Shown piece by piece: positions 36,588 through 48,111 of a DNA stretch of 64,000 nt (its first letter is position 1; each line of letters begins with the position of its first letter). The notes beneath the pieces were generated by a model that was given only the letters and a program-made list of their open reading frames with translations, searched no databases and had not been told where the DNA came from. This stretch comes from Tubiluchus corallicola. Taxonomy: Eukaryota; Animalia; Priapulida. Made by a program: the position numbers and the translations under genes. The stretch is taken from assembly GCA_030141605.1 (NCBI GenBank), contig JAQGDQ010000321.1, forward strand, positions 124,001 through 188,000. The letters run 5' to 3'.

Positions 36588-37440
36588 CATTGATCCCAGT
36601 CTCCCAGCTTCCACAGAGACGGAATTTTACGGTGGTGAAGCCATGGTGTATGACGCATGCGCAAACGTTTTCTTTTCTAACTAACTGGTTAGCTGATCTA
36701 GGTCTATGTCTGTCACGAAATTACTACTTTTGCAGGATAGCCTGGGTGTAGATCCTGGGGAGAGTGACCTGTCCACCACAAAATTTGCATTTGTATATTT
36801 TGTCCCCCATTTTTTTCAGTGTCTGTATTTGAAACTGTACAATCATACAACATCCAATCTTATTTGCTCATGTGGTCTACACACATGAAAAGTACATAGA
36901 GATCGATAAGTCAGAGATTATTGCAATAACAGTTATTCAGAAATAAGTCTGGGTTAATTTTGCAAAGGTCCGTAAAATTCAAGGAATGACGGAACGACGG
37001 CCTTGGTTACACTAGTACACAATCACTAGTACACTAGTAGACATCATCGTTCAATTTCTATTATACTTTTAACAAGCTAAGAATTTGAAAAGTAATCACT
37101 AATAGAATAAATGTTTATTTATACAATAAGCCTTTCTGGTTAAGTTGTTATTATGCAAGTCAAATCTCATCAATAGAATGATTAATTGTAAATAAAACTG
37201 CCCATCCTACAGCTAAAAATATCCAGCAAATTTTGTCCAATGAGATCCAGGGTATGTTCAGTGATCATTAATCAGCATTGATCATCTGTTCATCCCCCTC
37301 CCCATTTTCAGAAATGATTTGCGTCCAAGCAGGTGAAAAAAGGCTAGTCTAATTTAAAATGTAACTAATATTAATTTGGGATATGTGAAAGAAGCTACAT
37401 GGGTCTAGCTATTAAATGAAAACAATTGTAAATAAAATAA

Positions 37441-37925
37441 CTAGTCCAGAATGCGAAGCATTAGGTTACTCGTTTTTATTAAGATTTTTTTCTGCCCAGC
37501 TGCTTGAATATGTCATTTGTAACATTTATCGTTGATGTTACAAACTCACAATTAAATTTTGATACCATACTTTAAAAACAGAAAATGTGAAAAAGCGCAC
37601 TGTCTTCACCCCTGAGAGATGAGATGGTGTCTGCAATGTAAGCAGAAGATCCCTGATTCAAACCCAGGCCACATCCCAGGTTGCTTTTTCACATTTCCTG
37701 TTTTTCAAGTTTTAGTATAAATATTTGATTAACTGTAGGTTTGTAAAATCATTAACAATCATCTTGACATTAAGAAACATTTTTACAATATCCGTTGCTT
37801 CACAAAAACTTAGAATGCGGAGTAACTTTATTGTTACGTCACAGTATAAAAATGGATGAGCGAGATTAGCATCACAGCGAAATAGCCCTCTCTATAGAAT
37901 TCTTCGCAAGCGAGTAACCTAAAAT
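37441..37925. mobile_element. Helentron/DINE-1-like non-autonomous element containing a tRNA-like head between inverted arms
   Basis: Subterminal inverted repeat TTAGGTTACTCG (37461) / CGAGTAACCTAA (37911) with small hairpins AATGC-GAA-GCATT and TCGC-AA-GCGA. Confidence 0.55.
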
Positions 37926-38204
37926 ATTATCCGAAATGTGTTTCGTTATAAATATTGACGACATCTTCAGTGAACGATTCATGTATAGTTCTAATTAAAC
38001 AACGTAAAGTAGTGCAGCAAAATCAAATGATTTAACAATGTAAACAAATGCGTAAGCAGACAAATCAACTTAGAAAGCATTCAAGTGAACAACCCGTAGA
38101 AGAGCACACGATGTTAGTTATGTATTTGAGTAGATCTCACTTGTTTAATACAATTATAAAGCTTCCATTAGTCTGAGAGGCCGTTCTTGCATGGTTCTCA
38201 AGTG

Positions 38205-38415
38205 TTACAAAATTAGCCCGGAAAGCAAAGCACTAGGTTAATCACTTATTTAGCTTTTTTTCTGCCAAACTGCCAGTGAATGTCGTTTAGAACAAAATTA
38301 ATATTTTATCGTTGTCATGACAGTGCTTTAGCGACAAAGTATCCGCCAAATTTTAGCTTTCTAGCTGCTCTGCAAACTTTTTTCTAGTCCTTTCATTATC
38401 TCACTCTTTTCTCTT

Positions 38416-38488
<73 letters not shown>

Positions 38489-38730
38489 CATCCCTGCTTC
38501 TCTCTCTCCCACTCTCTACTTTCGTCTTTCCGTCTCCGTCTGATTGTCATTTTATTATAATGTATATAATGAAGTTTGTGTGGTTTTACGTACTACAATA
38601 TAAATAAATTCAGTCAGTTGCCTCACAATGAGTAAATTTAAAATTTGTATGACATAAGTCAGAAAAACATCACGATGAAATGAACGAGTCTATGGAGTTA
38701 CTAGCAAGCGAGTAATCCAACAATTCTAAA
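38205..38730. mobile_element. Second related Helentron-like copy with internal (CT)n microsatellite (about 38418-38482)
   Basis: Start TAGCCCGGAAAGCAAAGCACTAGGTTAATCAC...TTTTTTTCTGCC resembles 37441-37500. End GCAAGCGAGTAATCCAA resembles 37906-37922. Confidence 0.55.
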
Positions 38731-40278
38731 TTCTACACTGTACTTCGGCATTACTCGTAATGTGTAAACAATCCTACAGATAAATGTTCAGTAGCCCTAG
38801 AAAGGAGATGACATTAAATTTTAGTCTGATCTACATAGGTAGCACCACAAACTGCGCACGTATGCTTCTAGATTTCTATGACATTGAGTTTTGTTAACAC
38901 CCTAAACTGTACATTTACAACTAAATTGGAATTTCAAAATGGAGGCGACACAGTGGAGAAGATATCATTGTCATCAAAGACTGCAGGACCACCGCAAACT
39001 AACTTTTCGTGGTTTTTTAATACACGTTTCATAATACACCATTAATCCATAACCATACAAGTGGCGTTTGATAACAATCAACATTAAAGTTGTGCCATTT
39101 ACCAGAACAGTTGTGAAAAACGAACTCTGAGTAGCAGTATAGACTAGTGTATATATTACAAGAGAACTCCTGTTCCAGAGGGTTTATGAAGAGCTGTGGT
39201 GGAAAGTCTGCCACTATTATTCTTTACTAACTGAAGATCAAAAGGTATAAAACACCGTTCTCTCCTCTTTTCAACAGTAAAATTTATACCTTGGTGAAAT
39301 TAAATTAATGAATCAAAAATTAGCGTTTACGAAGTAAAGAGAAGACTAAGTTTAATCAACACATCTACAGAGATAGCCATAAAAATATGGGATAGTCCCC
39401 AAGGGAGAACCCATAGCACCTCCGCCTACTTATACAACTCAAAAACAACATGAACACAAGAAAGTCCAATAGAGATGTAAATGTCTTTTTGCCAGTGGGA
39501 TGAGGTTAATATCCATTATCATAATAACATCGATCGAAACGAAATGCTCTATTTAACTGTGTATCCATGTAAACGAATGCGTAACGTTGAATGAAGCTAC
39601 GACACAAAGTGAAATAAAATTGTGGTAACACTGAATATACATGAGCTCGTGAGCCCGAATTAATAAGATTTAATGATATACCATTCTTTTAAAACTTAGA
39701 AACAATTAATTTTAGCTAAATGAATCTGAAGTAAGAGCAAGGAAAGTGTAGAACTGTATTACCTATACAGGCCTAATACTAAATTGCTATAGTTTAATTT
39801 TTATTGTATGTGTGTGTATATGTTTGAATATAGCTTTTAGCTGAGATAAACTGATTAATCAATTAACCATTCAGATCTTTGTTAGCACAAGAAGCCAACT
39901 TCTTGTTTATTTAAATCAAAGCTTTACAACCAATGGTGCTTCAGTTCGTCCTCTAGCCAACCTCTAAATTAGCATGTACGGGTATCGAGTTTCTGTCATG
40001 AACTCAAGGATGCACTTGTCAAATGGACCAGCACGCAAACTTCTATCCTTTAGAAAAGAATTAAATTTTTGGACCGTCAACAAATTTACTGGCGATGTAC
40101 ATAGAGACGTTTCGAGACATAAATGGCTTCCACACTAAAAAATAATATTGAGGGCACGGTAGATTCCCAATTGATTGAACACTTTGGCACAGTGCATTCA
40201 CTAAAATAATAATTGTTCTCTATCATTACTCGTTGTCTTTGTACCCTTTAGCAAAATGTTACGTTATAGCCTGTACCG

Positions 40279-40949
40279 CAGAGGCGTAGCAAGGTGGGGC
40301 AACGGGGGGGGGGGGGGTAATCGCCCCGGGTCATAATGGTGGGGTGCGCAAAATTCTTCTAGAGTTCAATTACAATGACTGTCAGTTATTAATAATATTA
40401 TTACAGATCCGGCACTAACAAAACAATTAACAAAAGTTTTCAAACTGCAACAAAATTGCCTAGTTGGAGATCATCGTAGCTCGGTAGTTGACTTAGTTAC
40501 TGCATACAGCCTAGAAAAAAGCCTAATGTAGTTACTTAACGGCGTGTGTAGGGTGTTGCATGGCTTAGTAGATTGATTATTTTGGGAAAAACAGTGGCGT
40601 TTCTCTAAATGCCAACTGTATTATTGTGAAAATCTGTAGTGTTCTGTATCTTTCATAATCTTTGTATGTTTTAAGTGCTGGAGCTGAATGTTTAAAGACA
40701 GTGTTAAGCGCAACTAATGCGTAGAAAAGAGTTATACTGGTCAGTACTGCAAATCAAGCTCAGGGTGATTCTTAGAACAAATTCGTTTAACTTTATACCT
40801 TCAGGTTCGAAAAGGAAAGTCGGGATTAGGGACGCAAAAATGCGAACAATTTGTGGCTTCACCCATGAAACAAATGATCGAAACATTAAAAGGTTAGGGC
40901 GCCAGAAGTTTTTTGCCCCTGCACGCCACAAACACATGTTACGCCACTA
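40279..40949. mobile_element. hAT-like MITE
   Basis: Termini CAGAGGCGTAGC ... GTTACGCCACTA with 8-bp TSD CTGTACCG / CTGTACCA. Confidence 0.82.
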
Positions 40950-41789
40950 CTGTACCACGCTTGTGTGGTACATGTATCTATCCGCTAGGGGAGTCGACAT
41001 AACAAAAGAACTCTAAAGTATCATCATGCAGTCTTCTTGATGTCATTCAATTAACCACTTACTGGAACTTTAAAAAATGAGTAATGTTTTACAGTTAAAA
41101 TGTCGAAAATCAAAATCTGAAAGGAAAAATATGAGAAATTTTAACAAACCAGCGATCAGTGATAATCATTCAGTGAATCGGGATTTTTTTTGAACTACCC
41201 ACGCGGCCAGAGCACGCAGTCGTAATCGGTGCTCCCCTGGTTAACACACTACGATCACTATGAAAAAGACGATAGCTTGACGAAGTTGGCTCTTTTTTGC
41301 AGCTTTCATGTTGTTTATGATGAATTTGTTGTGAATGTGTTAACATTGCCATCATGCCTTAATTTCATGTAATTTTATTCACCAGTTTTTAATACGATCT
41401 CCCGACATTCCCTGGTCCGATAAGAAAGCTTCCACGTGTTGTAAGACTGTTGTAGTTGTAAAAATATAATAAGTAAAGGGGTAAAAAAGAAGCAATTTTT
41501 TAAGTTGAGGTAGGCCTAAACTTGCTACAGTGAGAATGAAACGGCGCCGCAAAATAAGTACAAGGTTTATAAAGTTAGGCAGTGGCTAGAGGTACGGATC
41601 CGTACTCGTCTTTTCTACGATACCGGTAGCTATTTTTGCAACAAATGCGGATCCGTGCTTTTTGTGACATTTACAAAACAGATTTTGACCATTTTTACGA
41701 CATCCGGCGTTTGACCATGTGCCCTGCACATCATTGAACGACTGGCTTATGCAGTTCAACCCTACCAAGTGTTATGTTCTAAGCATTAC

Positions 41790-42115
41790 TAATAAACAGA
41801 AACCAAGCTTTTTCCAATATACAATTGTAGATGTACTAAACAAAGATTAACAAAGGTCAGCTCACATGAATATCTCAGATTTACAAATTACAATACATGA
41901 AAATCTCAACTGGAATGACCACTGTGGTAAGATAAAATCTAAAAAAGTAATGGCACCTTGGGCCTTCTTCGAAGAATGCTTACTGATTGTTCTGAGGAAG
42001 TAAAGCAAATTGCTTATAACACCTTAGTTCGACTTAAGATGAATATACTTGCTTATACCTAGCATTATATAACTAACTTGGAGAAGGTTCAAAGCCAAGC
42101 AGCCCATTTTGTAAA
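41790..42115 (+). mobile_element. CR1-group LINE RT C-terminal fragment
   Basis: Frameshifted ENLNWNDHCGKIKSK / NGTLGLLRRMLTDCSEEVKQIAYNTLVR / LEKVQSQAAHFV. Confidence 0.75.
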
Positions 42116-42277
42116 AAACATTTATACATTTATTAAATTTGAATATACTGCAAAACAGTCGATACTTGTTAACATTTTCTAAAAAGTATTTTACATCCTG
42201 TATGAAGCCAAGCATTGTACATTATTAGTACGTGCTTGTCCATCTAGTAGTTATATACATTATGATTAGTCACATAT

Positions 42278-42941
42278 TTGAGACGGTTAACCTTTAAACG
42301 TTTAGCCTTTTAACCGACCGTTAACTGGTGTAACTGTTTAGAAAATCACTAACCGTTTAACCATTACCTATCCAAGTTTTTACATGTCCGTATTAATGAA
42401 ACCTTGTGTCTTTTCTGAGCTGATATACACAGTTAGCAATGTCCTGCTTACATAAAATTGTACTATTTACAACATTATTTCAATTAATCTAGTTGGCTAA
42501 GAAGAATCTAAATGGTAAATTAGAAAAAGTTTTTCACTTGTGTATGTTACGAGGATGCCGCCATGTTGAATATTCTTGCTGGCGCTTGCTAGATTTGAAC
42601 TGCACCACTTACTCGTGCAAGAACTATTAATTTTAAAAAAATAAAAATGCAAAAGAAAACGAGTATTTCTTTATAATTTGAATTTTGTTGTTCAAAAACT
42701 TCTTCAAACTTTTTCAAAAGGGTTCATAATTTATTCACGTACCGAAGAAATACTGAGTTCAATGAATTTTTTTATGATTATATAATATTGTTAGAGTTAG
42801 GCAATTTGTTCATATTAGTTCGTTATGTGCATTGGATAATATGTTATATGTATGACGTCATTGGGACTGGTTAAACGGTTAACGGACTGCAATTAATCAT
42901 GTTTAAACGATTAGTTTAAAAGCTTAACCATCTTAGCCCTA
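42278..42941. mobile_element. MITE with CGGTTAAC/TAACCG subterminal repeats
   Basis: GACGGTTAACCTTTAAACG...AACCGTTTAACCA on the left and TGGTTAAACGGTTAACGG...GCTTAACCATCTTAGCCCTA on the right are inverted relatives. Confidence 0.6.
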
Positions 42942-43446
42942 CCACTGCATGTGCTTATAGAGTAACTCAGTTATAAAGAACTTTTTTCTGGGTCCCTAGC
43001 AGATTTGCTATAATGATGTTCTACTGTATTGATTAAACTGTGCAGGATGCAACGTATCCTATTTGAGATTGCTCTAGAGTAGGACCCAAACAAGAAAAGT
43101 TTCTTTTTGACAGTTTTGTAAATCTAAACACACTTTATAACTTTGGTATATTGAGGTAAAATGTTCCAAATATCAGAAACAGCAAAAGAAAGGAAGTGCT
43201 TTTGCAGTATGAGTTCTGTTTTGAAGATTTAATTAAATCATTTATTGTTAAACACATACTATTTGTCTTGAATGAACAGGAGAAATTATTGTAATGTAAG
43301 CCCTTTTGTGGAGGCACAATGAAACATGCCACTATATTGTTTTCCTTAAAGTCGTTTTTAATTAACCATTAATATTTAACATTGCAGAGGAAAAAGATAA
43401 AATTAAATTGCAAAAGGTACGTTTTACAATATTATTATTTTTTAGC

Positions 43447-46400
43447 ATGTCGTCAGAGCGAGATATCAATGGGCATCCAAATTCGAATGCTTATTACTCG
43501 CCAACACCTGGACAACGAATGCATAATCGTACCTGGGAGATGAGTCTACAACCAGATAATAGACAGATGTGTGCAGGTGACAGGCCCAACAATTGGAGAT
43601 TAGGTCACAGTGAACAAGTACCAATTGCAAACAAAAAAGGAAACATTGCAAAGGGTGTAACTCCTCATGTAAGTTCTGGTTATGAAGCAACAACACGGCG
43701 ACTGCCTGCTACTTTACCACGAACGCAGTTTAAGCCCATGACACCTGAACGGCAGGGCCTAGAGCAACTGCGACGTCAGATCAATTTTAGTGATGCTGAT
43801 GAGGAAATTAGAGATGATATATTCATTAGCAGCACATCTGATATGGATGTCTCGTTTGCTAACAGTTCACAGAATTTTGATGCCGGTGATTCTGAAAGAT
43901 CTGGGGCTTCAAATCTGCGGTCCGGTCCAAGGTTTGACTTGCACCGTCAGGAGCTTCAATCTAGTTTACTGGACATGAAAAATAAGAAGGAGAAGATTGA
44001 TGATTTGCTTATGCAGCTGCAGTTTCTTCGTGCAACTAATGTGGAGGAAAACCCAAAGAATAATGAGTGTGAAAGAGGTAGCGAAAGAGGCAGTAGCACA
44101 TCTTCTACCCGAAAGATCAATTTTGGGCTGCAGGCTTCGGCTTCAGCTTACCAGACAGAAGGAGATGCAACAGAAGTTCTACAACAGATGAACACAGCTG
44201 ATAAAGTAAGAAAACTTGCTGAAGTAAGAACAAAGCTTGATCAGCTGCAGAAGTTGGTGGAATACTTTCATAGCAGAGACAATGAGTTTGCTGCAGTGTT
44301 GAGTGAGGTGGACAATACTGTGGGTTACAGTTCCGTTCGTAAGTTGCCGAAAAATCTAAAACAGCCGGAACAACATCAGCGGTATCAGAAGTCCGGGCAG
44401 CTGCTACAAAACAAGAAGCAAGATAATCCATCTCGTGAGAAGAATCAGTCACGTTCTTTTGATAATCAGCAGTCCCAACGAGATGAAGTATCTGGTGAAC
44501 ATACAAATATATCTAGACAGAATGTTATGGATCATCCTAGAAGGGAGCCTCCAATGAATTTGTCACATGCTGATGACGAAGATGCAGTATCACAGTCAAG
44601 TAGCAATCTAGCACTGAGAGGAGCATGTGGCGTCGATTTAGCAGTTAAAGAAAAAGAAAGGAAGCTTAAAGCAGCACAAGTCCAGCTGCATGACATTCAA
44701 GAACTGATAAAACAATGGGAAACAAGTGGTCTGTCTCCAAGCATTGCAGACAGTCTTGCAGCCTTAAACGTGGACGTCGAGAGTGATGGCATTGATGATT
44801 TTAACATTACCCAGGAGTCTAGTGGTTTGAGTGAAGGAGAAGTTGCACGATCACAGAAGAAGTATGTGTCTTTTGATGCACAGCTTCAGAAGCAGCGGGT
44901 TGAATTAGAGAGAATGCTGCAGCAGCTGGATAAACTGAATCCTGTGATGCCTGATATTAAGAGAAACGAAATGCAAGAAGCAGAGGAGAGGAGAAACATT
45001 AATGCTGTTGGAGCTCCATGTGATTGTACTGAACCCACCTCAAACCAGCAGTTCACACCAAGTCAAGAAGTTTGGAACGAAATGCGCCGGAGAGTTATTA
45101 TACGAGAAGAGCTGCGGCAGAAAAAACGTGAATTAGAGGCAATAATGAACAAAGATAAACAGAAGAAGCTTTACAGTGTCAATCAGGATAATCAGAGTGA
45201 CAATGTTTCATTTTCCAATAAATCTGAACAAATGGGTACAAGCATGAGAAGTGCTGATATGACAATGGCGACTTGGGGAAGCACAATTGAGGAAAATGAT
45301 AACTACAATCAAAATGAAAGTGATATTGAAAATCAAGATGAGGTAAATATTGATGGAGATGACTCGAACACTTACACTATTGAGTCTGATTACCAACGTC
45401 AGAATGCTGGTGGTGAACAAGCTGCAGATGTGCAGAATATGCCTAGGAAGACAAATGTTGCAGAGAAACGAGGCATGTGTAATAATGTCATGACACGTCC
45501 TCGAAATTTGTCAAACATCTCATCAAGTTCCTCGGCTTTCAATAACAGCCGTGTGCAGAACCGAACAAGACAGGAAAATATTCGACCTCCCGAAGAGCTT
45601 ATTGACCATCAGCCGAACGTCTCCACTCCTCAGCGGGATGACGAAGCTTGTGCCAGTGGATTGGATATACTGGGACAAGTTGCCACTTTGCAAAAGCAAT
45701 TGGATTCAACACAAACCCTCTATCAGTCTCTTGTTCAGGATTCAAGAGCATTGCACTATCTTTTAACATCTAGTACTCCTGGACAGCCTATAAGCCCGGG
45801 TCTTGTAGCTAGTTTGAATGACTGTTATCAACAGTTGCAGCACCAGCAGGCAAACCTTCATAATCTTCGGGCTGGTATTCAGAAAAGCTTGGAACAGTGT
45901 TATTCTCAGCTGACCTCTCCCCGCAGCAATTTGCCTGAAATGTATGTTTACAATAATGTACCTAGTACAGGTGGACGACGTACTGCACCTACTAGGCTAA
46001 CGCCTCAGCCATCACCAGCTGTAAACCAAATTTTGCGCCCTGCATCTGTTCCACCACAGGACTCGACAATGAGGATCCCACAAAGCCTGTCTTTTAATGA
46101 TTTAGGAATGTGGCCTCCTTATTGGTATCATCCATTTGTGCCTCCACCTTGGGTTAATCCATACTACTATCCTGCACCACCTGTGATACCGTCAAATAAA
46201 GTACTAAGCCCTAACACTAACACATATGGGTATAATGTGCCGAATCTTCAAATACCACAGCCTCTAGCAGCTGCTAACCTTGATAGTGTACCCAACAATT
46301 TCACTAATGTTAGCCCAGCCTCTACTTCAGCAGGCAGTAACACTATGATGACTCAAGCCACCATTTCTGCACAGAATAATTTAATGGCGGCTACCATGGT

Positions 46401-48111
46401 ATCTGGTGATGCGCAAAGAACAACACAGTTCTTATCTGAAGGGAGCATTCATAATGACTTGCAGCCACCATCTATTGTTACACGTCACACAGAAAATGCA
46501 GAAAGATTACCGGCTACTCAGCTAGTAAGAAACAATACCTTCACTGTCAGGGAAAGTGTTCAAGGAAGAGAAAGAGAAGAATTAGATAAGAATCACCGAC
46601 CAGTCCTGTTAGATATTGGTAGGCATGATAGAAAACCCGAGAAACGATCAGTAACTATGAATGACTGTGCTGCTCAGACAGGAATTTCTTCTGTTTCACA
46701 ATCTGTGGGATCCAGAAATGTTTATCGTATACAGCCTGTCCCAAAGCTAAACTTGGAGCCTGTGATGCGAAAGAAAAAACAGAAACCGAAAAAGGGTGAC
46801 AGTACAGGAGGTGCAATACGGCGAGAATATGCTGGAGGTGCCAGACAGAAAATAGAAGAGTTCGCGGATGATCGACGTCCAAGTTTGAGTAGTGGTATCT
46901 GTGGAACCACTTATATGGAACTGGCAAGCACCGCAAGTGCCATGTCTAGTCAAGTAGATGATGATGCATCGGTCCGTGAACAAGATGTTGATTCAGATGT
47001 CTCTAGTAACTATTCGTTATTTGATTCTATGCGTGAAAGCATTTATGCTGAAGTTGCTGTGCTTATAGCACAAAATGAATCTCGTCCTAGATTTCTGGTT
47101 GAAATATTTCATGAATTACAAATGCTAACTAGCGACTATCTCAGACAGAGGGCATTGTTCGAGATACGCAACATTGTTGCCAATTACTTGACTGGTGATT
47201 CTGTCACTGCTGAAAAGGTGAACCAAGAACTTCTGCAGCAGCAGCAGCAAGAGGCAGCTTATGGTTTACAGGCTGAAGAATATTACCTGCAAGAATGTCA
47301 GGGTTCTGGTGAGTCAACACCACATTCTATTGGTGTTGATTATGACCCTTTTGCTAGCGATTCTCTTGGTGACACAGTCATTCACCTTGAACGAACGAGG
47401 GGACCCATTCGATGTTCTGGTAAACCTGCTGCACATGATGATACAGCAAAGATGGAGAGAGTAAGAGAAAGTGACAAAGATGAAAAACAAGATGAAGGCA
47501 TTGATGGGTTTAACATAGAAACAACAAGCACTGAGAATAGTGCTCAGCAGTCTGCTTCTGCTTCCGTTTCATCTGTAGGTGATGAAGAAAGCAGCTCATG
47601 TAATGATGAATGTGATGTACCACCAGTCATAGATAAACATGATGGCAACAGAGATGAAAACAAAGAAAATTGCGAAGATAAATTGTCTGAAAGCCATGAG
47701 GAGCAAGATGATTATCAAAATCATAGAGATGATGCTTTTGCAGCCGAATGCAAAATTCCAAAATCAGCTGATGACTCATTTTCCCAATTGCCTACTGAAA
47801 GTTGTGGGCAGAGACAAGTTTCTTCTGAAATTCTAGATCCTGATAAGGAGATTGATACCAGCACCGCACCTGTGCAGTCGGATGCTGCAGAAACTGAGTG
47901 GTTTCAACTTAACCCTGATGCTGTTGAAAATGAAAATAAAGCTGCATGCAATGGTCAGGAAACCATCAAAGAGGAACTACAGAACCGCGTAGAAGAGGAA
48001 CAGAAGGAAAACTCTGTTATTGCTACTTTGAGCGAATTGCCGGAGAATCCAAGTGAAACTCTACTGGCAGAAGACGTCAATAGTATACCAGATCCGGATC
48101 AGCTGAAATGA
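43447..48111 (+). CDS. PCM1: Pericentriolar material 1 (centriolar satellite scaffold), 1554 aa, single coding exon
   Basis: First ATG follows TTTTTAG|C. Blocks recognisable from vertebrate PCM1: LEQLRRQINFSD, WNEMRRRVIIREELRQKKRELEAIM, TMATWGS, SLFDSMRESIYAEVAVLIAQNESRPRFLVEIFHELQMLTSDYLRQRAL (PCM1_C) and DPFASDSLGDTVIHLE. Confidence 0.93.
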   Translation: MSSERDINGHPNSNAYYSPTPGQRMHNRTWEMSLQPDNRQMCAGDRPNNWRLGHSEQVPIANKKGNIAKGVTPHVSSGYEATTRRLPATLPRTQFKPMTPERQGLEQLRRQINFSDADEEIRDDIFISSTSDMDVSFANSSQNFDAGDSERSGASNLRSGPRFDLHRQELQSSLLDMKNKKEKIDDLLMQLQFLRATNVEENPKNNECERGSERGSSTSSTRKINFGLQASASAYQTEGDATEVLQQMNTADKVRKLAEVRTKLDQLQKLVEYFHSRDNEFAAVLSEVDNTVGYSSVRKLPKNLKQPEQHQRYQKSGQLLQNKKQDNPSREKNQSRSFDNQQSQRDEVSGEHTNISRQNVMDHPRREPPMNLSHADDEDAVSQSSSNLALRGACGVDLAVKEKERKLKAAQVQLHDIQELIKQWETSGLSPSIADSLAALNVDVESDGIDDFNITQESSGLSEGEVARSQKKYVSFDAQLQKQRVELERMLQQLDKLNPVMPDIKRNEMQEAEERRNINAVGAPCDCTEPTSNQQFTPSQEVWNEMRRRVIIREELRQKKRELEAIMNKDKQKKLYSVNQDNQSDNVSFSNKSEQMGTSMRSADMTMATWGSTIEENDNYNQNESDIENQDEVNIDGDDSNTYTIESDYQRQNAGGEQAADVQNMPRKTNVAEKRGMCNNVMTRPRNLSNISSSSSAFNNSRVQNRTRQENIRPPEELIDHQPNVSTPQRDDEACASGLDILGQVATLQKQLDSTQTLYQSLVQDSRALHYLLTSSTPGQPISPGLVASLNDCYQQLQHQQANLHNLRAGIQKSLEQCYSQLTSPRSNLPEMYVYNNVPSTGGRRTAPTRLTPQPSPAVNQILRPASVPPQDSTMRIPQSLSFNDLGMWPPYWYHPFVPPPWVNPYYYPAPPVIPSNKVLSPNTNTYGYNVPNLQIPQPLAAANLDSVPNNFTNVSPASTSAGSNTMMTQATISAQNNLMAATMVSGDAQRTTQFLSEGSIHNDLQPPSIVTRHTENAERLPATQLVRNNTFTVRESVQGREREELDKNHRPVLLDIGRHDRKPEKRSVTMNDCAAQTGISSVSQSVGSRNVYRIQPVPKLNLEPVMRKKKQKPKKGDSTGGAIRREYAGGARQKIEEFADDRRPSLSSGICGTTYMELASTASAMSSQVDDDASVREQDVDSDVSSNYSLFDSMRESIYAEVAVLIAQNESRPRFLVEIFHELQMLTSDYLRQRALFEIRNIVANYLTGDSVTAEKVNQELLQQQQQEAAYGLQAEEYYLQECQGSGESTPHSIGVDYDPFASDSLGDTVIHLERTRGPIRCSGKPAAHDDTAKMERVRESDKDEKQDEGIDGFNIETTSTENSAQQSASASVSSVGDEESSSCNDECDVPPVIDKHDGNRDENKENCEDKLSESHEEQDDYQNHRDDAFAAECKIPKSADDSFSQLPTESCGQRQVSSEILDPDKEIDTSTAPVQSDAAETEWFQLNPDAVENENKAACNGQETIKEELQNRVEEEQKENSVIATLSELPENPSETLLAEDVNSIPDPDQLK

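Noticed and set aside
37597-37682. Functional tRNA gene (also 26760-26830)
   Set aside because: No acceptor stem or intact D-arm, and it is attached to a repeat body; SINE-derived.
41170-41460. Possible transposase C-terminal remnant on the minus strand
   Set aside because: Only a vague PIP-like word; no continuous frame or TIR could be supported.
43408-43446. N-terminal extension of PCM1 from the TTG start
   Set aside because: Non-ATG start through a polypyrimidine/acceptor tract; the ATG at 43447 is preferred.
44117-47836. Small antisense and alternate-frame ORFs inside PCM1
   Set aside because: Shadow ORFs with no recognisable motifs.
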